DNA from: Hydrolagus colliei
Taxonomy: Eukaryota
Assembly (NCBI GenBank): GCA_035084275.1
Contig: CM068748.1
Location: 5,642,001 to 5,706,000, forward strand
Reading direction: 5' to 3'
DNA: 64,000 nucleotides
Shown: positions 51,939-64,000 of the stretch, in pieces
How positions within the stretch are numbered: the first letter of the stretch is position 1
Layout: every line of letters starts with the position of its first letter
Position numbers and translations under genes: made by a program
Notes under the pieces: generated by a model
The model's database searches: none
The model's input: the letters and a program-made list of their open reading frames with translations, nothing else
What the model was told of the DNA's origin: nothing

Positions 51939-53284
51939 TATTCACAGTGCTTTCAGTTATACCAACCTGTTATAATACAGCTTTAATTAAAATTTTAATC
52001 TTTATTTTTAATTGTTCTGTTACATTTTAGCTTTGTGAATAATCAAACTATGTATGCTCTGTGTACTATTAAAAAAAAGGGAAACCAAGTACCAAAGCAT
52101 CATTATTCACATTAATCCTTTATTCTGCCGATTTCTGTGTTTCTTTAAAGTAAGAATGACATCTTCTGAGAAACCAACTTGAAGGTGTTTCAGTGTTTGA
52201 CAAATGTGAGGCAACTGAATTTACATCAGTGGAGACTCACAGTCATTAACCTGAGATGGCCTGATCATGAACTGGATATGTTATTTGGCTCTCCTGTGCT
52301 GTCAGGCTCAGTAACTTTTTCCGAACCACTGCCCTGACCATGTCGCCAGTAATTCTGTTCAATGACAAATAATACATGAAAATCATAGAACAAGACAATA
52401 TTAATTATAGCTCTTTGAAACTATGATTTTGAAACCTGCTCTTGATGATGAGACTCATTAATTTCCTTAGGAAATCATTTGTTTCATCATTGAATTGAAC
52501 ATGATTCAATAATCCTGGAAGTTTTCTCTCCAAGTTAAAAACATTGGAAAGGCAATAGAACTAAAAAGGGAATGATTTGTTACCAAGTTTGGTGCAGCAT
52601 AAGGAGAAACGCAGCAGGTGTTTTATAGTGTTTTACCATGTGATTTATTTAACACATTGTATTGTCTGAAATGAAACTACATTATTTGCAATGAATGTTC
52701 TCCTATACATTGCTGATTTGGGAGCTGAAGTACGGTTGCATGACAGGTTAGATCTTAGATCAGAGCTGCGTTCTTGCAGATCAGATAGGGTTGCTTGGAA
52801 GAGGTGCACGCTTACTTTGTTTCTTCCAGCTCAAGGTGCCATTTTCTCAATAAGTGCTTTTTCAACCCTAATTTGTAATCAACTTTCAAAATTCATTACA
52901 TGCAGTGATGTGGATTTAGTCCATTGGATCAAATTGGCCTTCTCCATTCTTTCGGTGGGTTTGCACAGCACTGCAGCAATCAATTTATATGTTAGTATTG
53001 ACTTGAGTTTCCAGTCTGCAGGAATACAGCTCACCTCATTAACAAAGGGTTTATTGGTAACTGTTTACTAAATGTTTTTCCAATGAATACAACTGATTAC
53101 ACTAACTGAACTTCCAGGTTTAAAAGACTTTGTAATTGCTGATGTTATTGAATTATACGGTCACTTTACTCACTACTCCATTTTGTATTTGTATATATTG
53201 TTTGCTGACTTTTGCATATCAAAGCATGAACAAATAAAGCAGGATCAACGTATGGCCTTCATATATTTAATTTCATTACTCATC

Positions 53285-53330
53285 AGACATGATGGGCCAA
53301 ATGGGCTTCCTCTGTGCTGAAAATTTCTGC
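53285..53330 (+). mobile_element. CR1-type 3' terminus
   Basis: gacatgatgggccaaatgggcttcctctgtgctg...tttctg. Confidence 0.5.
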
Positions 53331-54092
53331 AATGACACTACGCAAGTTAACATGAAGAGGTGATCACATGTACATGGCGTTTATATAAGAAAAAGCTTCT
53401 CTTGAAAATGATCATCCACCAAATGCTTTAACTAACTGATTCCCGCTGTACAGATGTATTCAATGATCCCACGCAGATTTTAAAACACCTCAGGTCTTTT
53501 ATCTTCAATTGTTGCTTCATTCTAGAAGTGATGGTGCTTGTTAATAGATTGGATTTTGACCTTTAAACACTGCAGAATAGAAGCCCCTGCTCAGCATCCT
53601 GTGAATCTGTTGCATCTCTAGACACCTATTCGGTGGAGTTATGGAATAATGCACAATATTCTGACAGTATAAAATGAGTCTTTCTTTTCCTTGTCAGTTT
53701 TGTGTAAATGTTTGTGTTGAGGTATGTTGCAGTTGCATCTTCACTAAGTGTAGTGAGTGTGAGGTGATTAATTTCCTTGCAGAGCTGTTACTTTCCTTCC
53801 ATCTAGTGGAATGAACTGCGTGTGATTACAGTGATTTATAACCAAAGATAAATTATTGCTGCACAAATAAATCAAATGCCTTTTCTCTTCTGGTTCATTA
53901 ATTTTCCTCTGCATTTTGATAGTCTTCAACTGTGCTTATGTTATAAATGACATTTACAATACTTCTGATGGCTTGAGATTTTACGTGGAAGAAACTAGCT
54001 CACATTGAATGTTTAGGTTGGGTTTACGCACTATAGAGATTATATTTTGTGATCTGAAATTGACACTTTCCTTGTGTTTTTTTTATTAATAG

Positions 54093-54145
54093 TCTAAATG
54101 GTCCAGGAAAGGCTTCATCAGAACACGATGGAGTGTCACTGATTG
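54093..54145 (+). CDS. INPP5A: INPP5A internal coding exon (approx. exon 7), 53 nt
   Basis: Acceptor ttttattaatAG, donor GTatgt. Translates SKWSRKGFIRTRWSVTDC. Confidence 0.96.
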
Positions 54146-54669
54146 GTATGTTTCCATGTTTTTATTTTTAACTGTTACATTAATTTTAGTTTATTTAATT
54201 ATATCGCAATTAGATTGGGTAGTGGCTTGTTTTTGACCCACTGACCTTTGCCTATCATTTGCGGCATGGCACGTCCTTGAAAACTGCATTCATGATTGAA
54301 AGGGTTAATCCATCAGTTTTGATCATGTTATACATGTTTTACATAAAGCTTCCAACATATTCTGCCTCAATATTGTATGTTTGATTTAGGAAAGTTCTAG
54401 TAAATGAAGTTGGGGTTCAGATTACCAAATCAGGAATCACTTAACATTCACCATTTCGAATAGCTGATGTATTCTGCTGCAATAGTCACATTATTGACAA
54501 TGCTGTTGGTCTCTCTACTGCCAAAGTTTCCACTTTAATCTGTCTGCTATGACACTTCAATGCTTGATCTGGGAGGTGGACTCATCTGAGCCATTGTACA
54601 GTTATTTACGTGCAATTGCTGCCAACAAGACATTGTCTTGTTCTCTTTATCCTAGACCATTCCAAGACC

Positions 54670-54830
54670 ACAACATTGGTTTGGATTTGGCCCATCTGAT
54701 CCCATCCCAAATGAATGTGCACCCCAGCATCCTCTCAGCACAGCATCAAGCTGTTTTTTAAATAAGTCCAGTGTCCTGACCTCAACCATATCTCCTGGCA
54801 ACAAATTTAAGTGCTTCATAACTGTGAGGG
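54670..54830 (-). mobile_element. CR1 3' fragment
   Basis: ORF 54652..54837 NLLPGDMVEVRTLDLFKKQLDAVL, followed by gatgggccaaat. Confidence 0.75.
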
Positions 54831-55937
54831 CTTCCATCTAATAGCTTGGCCAAGAATCGGAGTCAAAACGAATTATTAGGATTATGGAATGATTACGATT
54901 TCCATACTGATGAAAGATTTAGCTTTTCCTGGCTACCAGACTAACAATTTCTATGACAAACCAGATCTGATAAATCTGTCCTTGAGTCAAGCTATATAAT
55001 TTGTTCCAAAAGCTTCCAGTAGATTTCCCATAAATCTAAATGAGTGAAAGTGTGTGTTAAAAAAAATTAAGGTTTTTTTTCATGCTTCCAACAAATGTAA
55101 ACTTTATGTAAGATATCATGGGAAAATAGTTACTTTTGTATTATTTGTCGTGAAACGAAGAAAGCATTTATATTTCCTTTTTTGTGTGTTGCTTGATGTA
55201 CACGGTGCAGAATTGGGCAACAACAAGAAGCAGTTCTGACTGACTGCAACCTCCTCATAATTTTCATTTTATATTGGTCAAATTGCCAACAGAATGATCA
55301 AGTAGATTCATTTGAGATTTTAAACATTTGTATATGCTTCAGTAGTTTTTCTGGCAATAATTTACATTTTAGACTGAACATTTCCTTCAGCTTCAAATGT
55401 ATCATCTGTATATCAGCATTGTTAGTACTATAGGTGCAAGTAATATAATTTGAATTCATTCAAGTCATCACGTCTATCTCACTCACTGATTTGTGAACAT
55501 AAATATGTATTTTAAATCTTATTGTCATACAATGCTAATTTCATCACATTAAGCACAGTTACTGTCCATTTAGACGGAGGAACAGAATGAACAGAACGGG
55601 AACTGAAAATAAGATTAATCAAAGATAATTATTTAATTATGACATGGTAATTCATTTAGTTTTGGTGTAGTTTATTTCTGAAAAGTTAATTATTGTGTTG
55701 GTCAATAAATATCAATCAGACCATTTCTACAGAAACATGCTCTACTGATCTTGACTTCAACAGTTTATCCTTTGATTTTTTGCTGTTACTACACGGGATC
55801 AGATGTTCACACAGTCATTCTAAATCCCATGCAAATAGACGGGGGAATCACTTAACACTTGAATAGACAATATATTCCATTCTTTTTAAATGTGACTGGG
55901 TTTGCCCCCTCCCCCCAGTTGCTTTGCTCTTCTTACC

Positions 55938-55997
55938 CCTCCCTCCTCCATCTCCCCTCCTTCCTCCATCTCACCTCCTTCCTCCATCTCACCTCCC
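55938..55997 (+). repeat. 18-bp pyrimidine-rich tandem repeat, ~3.3 copies
   Basis: cctccctcctccatctcc / cctccttcctccatctca / cctccttcctccatctca / cctccc. Confidence 0.9.
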
Positions 55998-57436
55998 TCA
56001 ATCCTGAATTGTGACTCAATGATTGAATGAGTGCCAGCAGTCACCTTGTGTCTCATCCATTCTTCAAAGGGGACTTAACACCCCCTTAAAGTGATTGTCA
56101 GTTGGTGGACTACTTTTTTCTTAGTGATGGAGGGATGAAGGTGCATTGCAGGCGCCTCACTCCATGTGAGTACAATTTCTAGCTGGAGTTACTCTACATC
56201 CACCAGGAACAGAAACCCTCGGCGATTTTGTTACCTTCTTCTCCAAGTGGTTCAGTGGGGTAATACTCCCTCCCCCGTTGCCAATCAGAGGGAAAAAAAA
56301 TACTCAGGACAAATCAGAGATCAGATCTCCAAAGCAGAGTGCACCAGTATATTTACCATTGAGGAGCTGTGCCTCATGTGTGTTTCATTTAAGAATAAAG
56401 TTGATTTTATTCTCTATCGCTGGATAGAAGTTTATTTCAGCAAGGAGATTATAATAATAAAACAACTTCCATTATATAGCGTCTCAGAGCACTTAAAGCT
56501 TGAAGTGTTTAAAGCCTAACATGAGCAGCCCATTGATTTTTTTTTAGCCTTGTCGGCCCCCTGTATGGATCTTGGAGAAGACATTTCTATGTAGATTTAT
56601 TTATGCCATTAAATATCCATTGTTCTGTTTATACCTCAACATGTAAAATAAGTGGTATTACACTATGCAGTGCAAACAGGTATTCTCTGTTTGGAATTTG
56701 ATATTGTAAATAGAAACAAACATTTGGACTTCCAATGCCCTTGCTAGCTGAGGCTATTGTGAATTTAGATTTTTGCTAGTATTGCCGTATAGTATTTAGG
56801 ATTCAGTAATTTACTTTCCCTTCTTTTATTTTGGCTGAAAAATACTGCTGCAGTCCTCAGATTCAATTCTGTTTCATATGATACTGTTGCAAGGCGCAGG
56901 CTGTAAAACACTTAAAATAATGAAGCTTGGTTTTGGAGATTTTTAATAACACTTAGTAAACTAATACTCAAAATGGCACTTCCTTGTGATTGTTTTGTTC
57001 TCCTTTGGAAGCTGCTTTCTAAAATCTGGATGTGTAGAAGTATTATTTGTTTTTCATGGATTAGATGACAATAACATTCAATATATACGGTGTCAGTTGA
57101 CAGGTATAATGAGGTTCCAGCTGCATGGTGATGGATATCAGAGTTTACTTACTTTGTATTGTTTAAAAGCAATTCTCCATTAAAACGACAGTGACAGCAT
57201 TGCTTCGTAAGCAAATATGAATATTGTCAAGGAGAATGGGTAGACGTCACTATCGTAACAGTTTTGCCATAATAGTAAATCCCAGCATTGGCATAGGCCT
57301 GATTCGAAAATGAAATATTTTTGGACAGGTTGCTGTTATTGAAGTTTTGATATGCAACATTTTGAAAAAAATTCTGTCATGATTATAAGAATCCTTGCAT
57401 GATGATTCACTTTTGTATTGGTTATTTTCTTAACAG

Positions 57437-57556
57437 TGCCTTTGACTTGGTGAACATTCATCTTTTCCACGATGCTTCCAATTTAATTGCTTGGGAAACA
57501 AGCCCATCTGTCTACTCAGGAACACGACAGAAAGCTCTCAGTTTTGTGCTAGATAG
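57437..57556 (+). CDS. INPP5A: INPP5A internal coding exon (approx. exon 8), 120 nt
   Basis: Acceptor ttttcttaacAG, donor GTaagc. Translates AFDLVNIHLFHDASNLIAWETSPSVYSGTRQKALSFVLDR (5-phosphatase VNxHL motif). The next exon (FGDFNFR motif) was not found in the window. Confidence 0.97.
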
Positions 57557-58947
57557 GTAAGCAGACTATCCATTTCATATTTTGCGCTCTGAAACCAAGT
57601 TATTTAATGAAATTACATAAATGATTTTGAGTGAGTTTGGTGACCATTTTTACTGCTTATGTACACGTAAAAATGGTATAACTAAATTAAGTGTTATTAT
57701 TAAATGGGACCCATCTTTCATGAAAGAGTTTCAAAACATTAGTTTTTTAAAAAAATACATAGAATAACCATACATTGTAAACATACAACGTTTAAATAAA
57801 GGTGAAAGTATTAATGTTGTATTTGTACTACTTTAATAACATGTTCCATTATTCATGGAACCTGGATTTGATATTTTGTATAACATAGCCAAATTGTGCA
57901 TTTAAACTTACAAGGTCTCAAAGTCATGTTGGCAAAATTTACTTTGTGTTCTGATTATGGTTCTAAGCCTAATCAAAATGTAGGCACTAAATACAGGATA
58001 TACTGTTAACTGATTTACAAATTACTGTAATTTGAAGGTCTGGCAAATAACTATTGCATTATTTCTTATTTTTGAAAACACAATGTGCAGTTGATTTCCG
58101 TTAAGACCATTTGGATTCTTGAAGGCCAAAAGAAAATTGACTGGAAGTATAAAGTAATATGACTAATGGACTATATTAAAATTAACAGCAAGGGATGCAT
58201 TAAAATCTGGACTGTTGGCAAGAACTACTTTTGTCCAAGCATATCTTAAAAAGGTTTAGCTATAAAAAAGCTATCTCATAATCATCAAACTGCAATCTAT
58301 TTCAAAGGGATCCTTAAAATGTTTTATAGTTTTAAGTACAGAACCAAATTGTTAAAGTATAGGAAGCTTATTTGTCCTTTCCTGCATTATCCCATACTTC
58401 TAGGATGTCTAATTTTTTGTGTGGTATAATCTGGGGGGATGGGGGGTGTGGAGAAGGCATGTGGAATCTCCTCGAAGAGAGGCTGGATCCTAGGTAATGT
58501 TGAGTCCACTCTCCATGCTGAATGAGCTAATCCAATACCTGAATCAATTCAGGTCTGCAGTGCTGTAAGGTGCTGTTGATGGATGACTGAACTACCTGAT
58601 TTATCAATGGGCTTGATGAAATTATTCTTCCCAAACTGCTACTGAATACAACACCTTATTATACGGTGAATGAACCCGATGAAACAAACAATGCCTAGCA
58701 ATGCATTTTTTTTGATACTGCTAAAGCTGCATGCATTTTAGTTGTGTCATTTCCAACAATGTGGGCTTGGGATTTCATGAATCATGTCTTTTTTATATAT
58801 TTAAAAAAGGCTTATGTCTCCACAGCTAGAAAATGCAGATTGTACAAATGGCAGACAAACATTTATAGTTTTTTTTTGTTGGCTAGAAATAGAGAAGTTT
58901 AAACATGGCAAAGGATTCCTATGCAATTGAGGCAACTGTCGGAACGG

Positions 58948-59065
58948 TGAACATTGTCATGATTTATTATGATTTTACAAGCCAGAACAGTTTCCAAGTC
59001 ATCCTTATAGCATGTGGTTACTTCACACGATACTTACAAAATAATTCTTAAGGAAAGCACTATAA
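58948..59065 (+). repeat. Local direct duplication, copy 1 (partner 59832-59949)
   Basis: Shared catgattt..attttaca.gc.agaacagtttccaagt...tgtgg.tactt.acac.atacttacaaaat. Confidence 0.85.
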
Positions 59066-59716
59066 ATATATTAAATTTTACTCATATTTACAGCAATAGG
59101 TATCCAACTTGCACAGAAGTAACAGATTGTATAATGGCCACATTAGATGATTTTAGGCCCCATTTCCTGTGCTGAAGCCCTTCCTTTCAAATTAGAAATT
59201 GTTTTCAGAACAAATGCTTATCTCTGCAGCCTTCTTCATTTTCATAAGATGATCTGTTAGAGCAGACTATAGCAATTCAATTTACCATTCTTTGAGTTCT
59301 AAGTATATTGGAGAAATAAATACTGTTGTAATTAATCATGGGCTGTCTTTAAGAGTCATAATTTATATAAAGACAATGGCTTTTTGCATGTTTCTGTTCA
59401 ACCATCTTCATGGAAGTCACACATAATAGTTCTTTGGTGAACCATGATCACATGAGACTGGGAAATACAATTAACTGAATCAAGTAGGATGGATTTGGTA
59501 TCATTATTTTATGCAGTTTTTTGTTTGCAAAGCATAAATAGTCATTTTGAATCTGTAACCATTTAAGTAAGTAAGTGGTCGCATCAAGACTCAGATCTAT
59601 TTTCATCCCACTGAAGGTTACCAGTTTTTTCTAGCATCAAGCCTGTTACAGAATTTATTCTTATTGGCTAGGTTTGGTTCCATTATTAACAGGATAAAAT
59701 AATGTTACACTTAAGC

Positions 59717-59778
59717 AGTGCCTCGGGACATTGTGCGATGTGAAAGGTGCTGTATAAATGTAATTTGATGTAGTTGTT
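59717..59778 (+). mobile_element. Isolated L2 3' stem-loop plus tail
   Basis: agtgcctcgggacat...gatgtgaaaggtgctgtataaatgtaatttgatgtagttgtt. Confidence 0.65.
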
Positions 59779-59831
59779 AACACTTTTCATCTTAAAAGTA
59801 ACGTTCACTGTTCTTGCGGATAGTTTATCAA

Positions 59832-59949
59832 TGGATATTGTCCATGATTTCTCATAATTTTACATGCAAGAACAGTTTCCAAGTTGTCTTTTTGGTGTGT
59901 GGGTACTTGACACAATACTTACAAAATTTAGAGAATGAATATACTATAA
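59832..59949 (+). repeat. Local direct duplication, copy 2 (partner 58948-59065)
   Basis: Collinear with copy 1. Confidence 0.85.
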
Positions 59950-60429
59950 TAATAGACTGAAACTGTATTTCAATCAGCTAATTGTCCTATTCCTTTCAAT
60001 GATTAATGTTTAAATCTTACAGGCTAATGTGTATGAACATTCAATTCCTACCAGGAGTAGCAATAGTTTTTTTTATAAAACAAAATGTGCTGTTCAGCAA
60101 AATCACTCTAATAAGCAATTCTATTTGAACCAGAAATTGGTGCATCCAGGTTAATTATGGTTCAATGAAAATTGCTTTTAAGTGATTTACTTTTTTCCCA
60201 TTTTCTCCCCTTTTCTTTCCTTTATTAAAGACACTGTGTCTTTGATGAGGTATGGGTCCACAAAGTACGTCATCCAAAGTGGTCATTCTTTATCTGTGAT
60301 TTCTGGCAGGCTCTTCAATTGTGGGTGAATCTCTGCATTGTAAGCTCCTTGAACTACCCTCTGATAATGCAGGCTGTGGAGCAGCCAGAAGGAGGTGCTG
60401 GTTAAGCATTTCATTTGTACCTTATAGTA

Positions 60430-60535
60430 CAATAGCCAAATTGGATTCTGGGTTTGAGTCAAGTGAGATATTCTAGCTCTAATGCAATCTAACATTTTTT
60501 TATGGCTACACTGAGTGTTCTCTATCAAATGTATT
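60430..60535 (-). mobile_element. Possible Penelope-like element, GIY-YIG C-terminal remnant
   Basis: HLIENTQCS...IRARISHL..TQNPI resembles the recalled Penelope end HLLNNPxCA...SRARxxxHL...TQxPxLC. Confidence 0.4.
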
Positions 60536-63500
60536 TTTAAAAATCATTTAAGACAATGAAAGGTAGCTTGGAAATAAATGATGTAAGATTAACTATAAAT
60601 AATCTCTGACACCTCATTCTACACATTGACATATATCTATAGGACACTTCTAAATTTTTGCTGATGCTATGCTGCTTTGCATTTTATGTTTCATGCATCG
60701 TATGAATAAATAGTTGAATGAGCCGGAATGATAATACTTACAAAAATAGATTTGCTATTAATTGTGTTATTTTTATTCGGGAAAAATGAAATGTTCAGTG
60801 AAATTCTTCTGTTTTTAAACAATAATCAATAAACTGGATTGTGTAATTTTGCAAATGCTCTAGTTGTACTGCAGCACTTGGTGTGGTAACTTAGTGAGAA
60901 TGGTGTAAGTAATCAGCAGCACGGTTCTGCTTGCTTGCACAGTTGTGGAACACAATAAAGCAGTGGAGAGCGTGCAGTAGCTAACACCATATCTCCAGAC
61001 CTGCTCATAGGGTCCTTGGCCGACTAACTGTTTAAAAAAAAGCCAGTGATTAAAAACAAGGTGATGGGATAATCAGCTCTTTCCTTTCATGTGTGTCCTC
61101 CCGGTGTCTTAACGTCAGCGTTTAACATGTTGGCTGTGTCCCAATTGCAGTCGCTGAGGAATGCTAGTGCTCCGAGACTATGCTTCAAGGTGGTCTGCCA
61201 GTTTCAGCCGCAGAAAGCTGCAGCGTTATACCACCCATCTGGATTGCTGAGATGCACACTGCGAATGTGGAGTACAGCTCCGTTCTGTTATTATATGGAG
61301 GGGGTTCTAATAATAGAGGTGCAGCATGGTGATAACTAGGAAATAGTAGATGATCCACTCGAGGAGTTCTTGAGAATAAATGAAGTGGTATCATAAGAAT
61401 GGCTCAAAGATATCAAGTGTTTTAGCAGAATTGTTAAAGATTACAAAAGGTTAATGGAAGAGTGTTGGTGTGCGCAGAAGATGAGGTGTTTCTTATTTCT
61501 AAACAAGCGGTACTCTCACTTGGGCCCTCCCACAACGTATTGGGAGTTTTGCAGTTTGCTCTACCGTTAATCAGAAGTTTTATAATATATATGATTAGAA
61601 TGCGACAACACCAGATCTGGCAAAATCATTTGTCTTTGGGGGAAGCTAGATTTTATATTGTGCCACCATTGTGGGCTTCATTTGCACAAATCAATTATTC
61701 TGACTGATCATCCAGCCACAGATCCGGACCTCCATCATGAACGGCGGCAGGAAGGCATAATAGGGAAGCTCTGTAGAGCAGTGAATAATGGGAATCTCCT
61801 TTCATCAGCGCAGCTAACCTTTTGGCAGCCACCAGCAAACTCTATTCTGATCCACTGATAGAGGAGACAATACACTGGGCTCAGTTTGAATGAATGCTGC
61901 CACCAACAGTGTAGCCATTCAGAGGGTTTTGGGAACCATCTTTGGCCATTGTCTATCATTACTCTTGCCGACAGTAAGGAAAGAGAAAGTGAGAGTATCT
62001 ATGGTGTAAACCTCTTTTTCAGCTTTAATCTCTCTTAAAAGCTGTGTAGATCTACATTTCCAACTGAGCTACAGTAGCTATGTGATGTAAGATAATCACA
62101 GAAGAGAAGTTTCAAGCTGAGCTTTTGAATTACTTCTCAGTATGAATCAGGGCGGCTTTAACCCCCATTCAAAAAGTGGCGATTGTCTTTTCTCAAGCCT
62201 TTCAACTTGCTTAAAAGCGTGTTTAGGGCTAAAACGTTTCTAGCTAGTAGTGTATACATAAACAGCACTGAAAGAAAGTGTTTTAAGGTAGATCAGTAGG
62301 CTTTAATTCATTTTGTATTTACTGAGGCAGTTTTCCTTACAGATTCTGAATAAGATTCACAGCCTAAAAATGTTCTGCTTCCTGCTGGGTTTCTGCACAT
62401 TGGTTCAGTTGAACTGTTCTCGCTATTTTTTTAAAACCTTTTCTTTAAAACTTCAGTATGTGTTTAAAGGACCACTAAAGTCGAGGATATGGGTCTGAAA
62501 AATGCCCTGCAGTGGGATAGTTTGCTCTCTCACCTGCGGTCTTGCTGTGTTCTCGTTTAATTCTGGTTGCGGTGCTGGACACTTGTGCGCTTGGATGTGT
62601 CAACCATTGAAACTTCCTGAAATTGTCCTGTGTATTCAGGTCTGAGTAGCCAGATTTCTAAAAGTGACAGTACTCTTCTGTTTGCCTTTTGAAATGTTCT
62701 CTGGCCTAGTTCAACTGCAACATTTTTACATTACAACTGTGAAATCTTGGCATAAAGCAGCCCTTTGTTCCTGCCATTATTGTCTCACAAATATAGTCCA
62801 TTGTCACATAGCTGAAGTTAATTTGATCAACATTGGGACATTTAACTTTTATGTCTAGTCAAAAGAGCTGTTTCATGCTCATTTTGCGTATTCTAAAGAA
62901 ATGATTGCCAGAAAAACAATGTTACTATTAACAATTCAAAGCAATTAGTTTCCCAGGGAGAGGCTATGTGATGCACAGGCTACACACAACAATTCTTTGT
63001 CATTTTATAGATGCTCATCAGTCAACTGTCACCACATTTCAAAGACCCTCCAATCTAAATGTTTCCCTTTTGGCTTTTCCCAGAATGAGTAGCTGAATGA
63101 GGAAAGAAAAGCGGCTCAGTTTCTAGGCAAAGACACAGGCGGCCTTAAGGATCCTGCTTTCACCAGAGCATTTTGGGGGGACGATGATGTACATTTGATA
63201 GATTTTGGTTTCTCTCCCACTTAATTTTTGATTCTATGGTTGAAGAAAAATATTCTTCTTCCCTCCCTCCAACCCCCCCCGCACCCCACCCCCACCCCCA
63301 CCCCCCCGCCAAAAAAAAACAAATGGAATATCATACTATATTTTACTCAGGATCCAAAGACTGCAATGAACGAGAGAGAATTCTGAATCTCTAGATATCA
63401 CTGCAGCATGGTTGACTTCTCTATATGCAGAGGACACACAATAGGAATCCGTGGTCGATGGAAAATATCTGTCTGAATGAGGCTGACAAGAGCAACAGGC

Positions 63501-63855
63501 ACGAGTGAGTTATGAGGTCCGTGTCAGGAGTGGGTGTATTTCCACACTGTACCACACACGGTGGTGGTTGGGGGGTGGGTCGGGGGGTGGGGGGCTGGAC
63601 AAACAGGGGCAAGTCAACATGGGGGTGATCTCTCACACCTCCTAGCAAGTAGCTGCAAAATCTTATTGGAATAGAGCTGAGCCCAAGTGGTGTGCCTATC
63701 TATTGTGTCTGCAAGTCATGCACAGACTGTTGGAATGTCAGGAAGTGCAATGCTTTCACTCTGAGATTTGGTCAATCAGAATCTTGCATTGAAATCATTG
63801 TGAGCAAAATGAATTTGAACCTTGGAAGAATTAAACTCGGAAGCACCATCAAGTA

Positions 63856-63947
63856 CAGTAGAAGCCCGTTTATCTGTGACTCGATGCACCGGCGCTTCCA
63901 TATAACCGGCATGCCAAAAAAAAGTCCCCATTCGATAAACCAGAACT
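63856..63947 (+). mobile_element. Left end of a Tigger-like element related to the 37868 MITE
   Basis: TA|cagtagaagcccgtttatc ... tataaccgg ... ttcgataaacc parallels 37868-37950; no right TIR found in the window. Confidence 0.65.
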
Positions 63948-64000
63948 TATCCAATAATAAAATTGCTCATTTCAATCCATGACAGTTTGTGGGACACTGC

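Noticed and set aside
52691-53071. 126-aa plus ORF
   Set aside because: No recognisable homology; compatible with chance or a non-coding element.
63060-63100. Acceptor-like ttttcccAG as the next INPP5A exon
   Set aside because: In-frame TGA after four codons and no IxDQRFE/FGDFNFR sequence; the true exon must lie beyond the window.
1-64000. CRISPR array, rRNA, snoRNA, miRNA or intact autonomous transposon
   Set aside because: No regularly spaced repeat-spacer array, no recognisable structural RNA, and no long RT or transposase ORF.

Overview
AT-rich vertebrate genomic DNA. The repeat content (a tRNA-head/Deu-like SINE, L2 and CR1 LINEs, Tigger-type MITEs) suggests a cartilaginous fish, possibly a holocephalan; this is inference. 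The window lies entirely inside one + strand gene, INPP5A (type I inositol-polyphosphate 5-phosphatase). Six internal coding exons (101, 88, 64, 104, 53, 120 nt; approximately human exons 3-8) splice in frame through GT-AG introns, and the start and stop lie outside the window. The rest is intron: SINE/LINE fragments, MITEs, very decayed transposase fossils, local duplications and candidate conserved non-coding elements. None of the supplied six-frame ORFs looks like a real independent gene. I found no clearly new biological system. The best leads are RNA-structure and retroposon observations: inverted L2 copies around a stop-free 168-nt exon pair, a hairpin carrying the U1 5' end sequence, recurrent fold-backs at one SINE motif, covarying L2 3' stem-loops, and an excess of TAC(A/T)GTA. 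Family assignments come from remembered consensus sequences, not database searches, and repeat boundaries are approximate.
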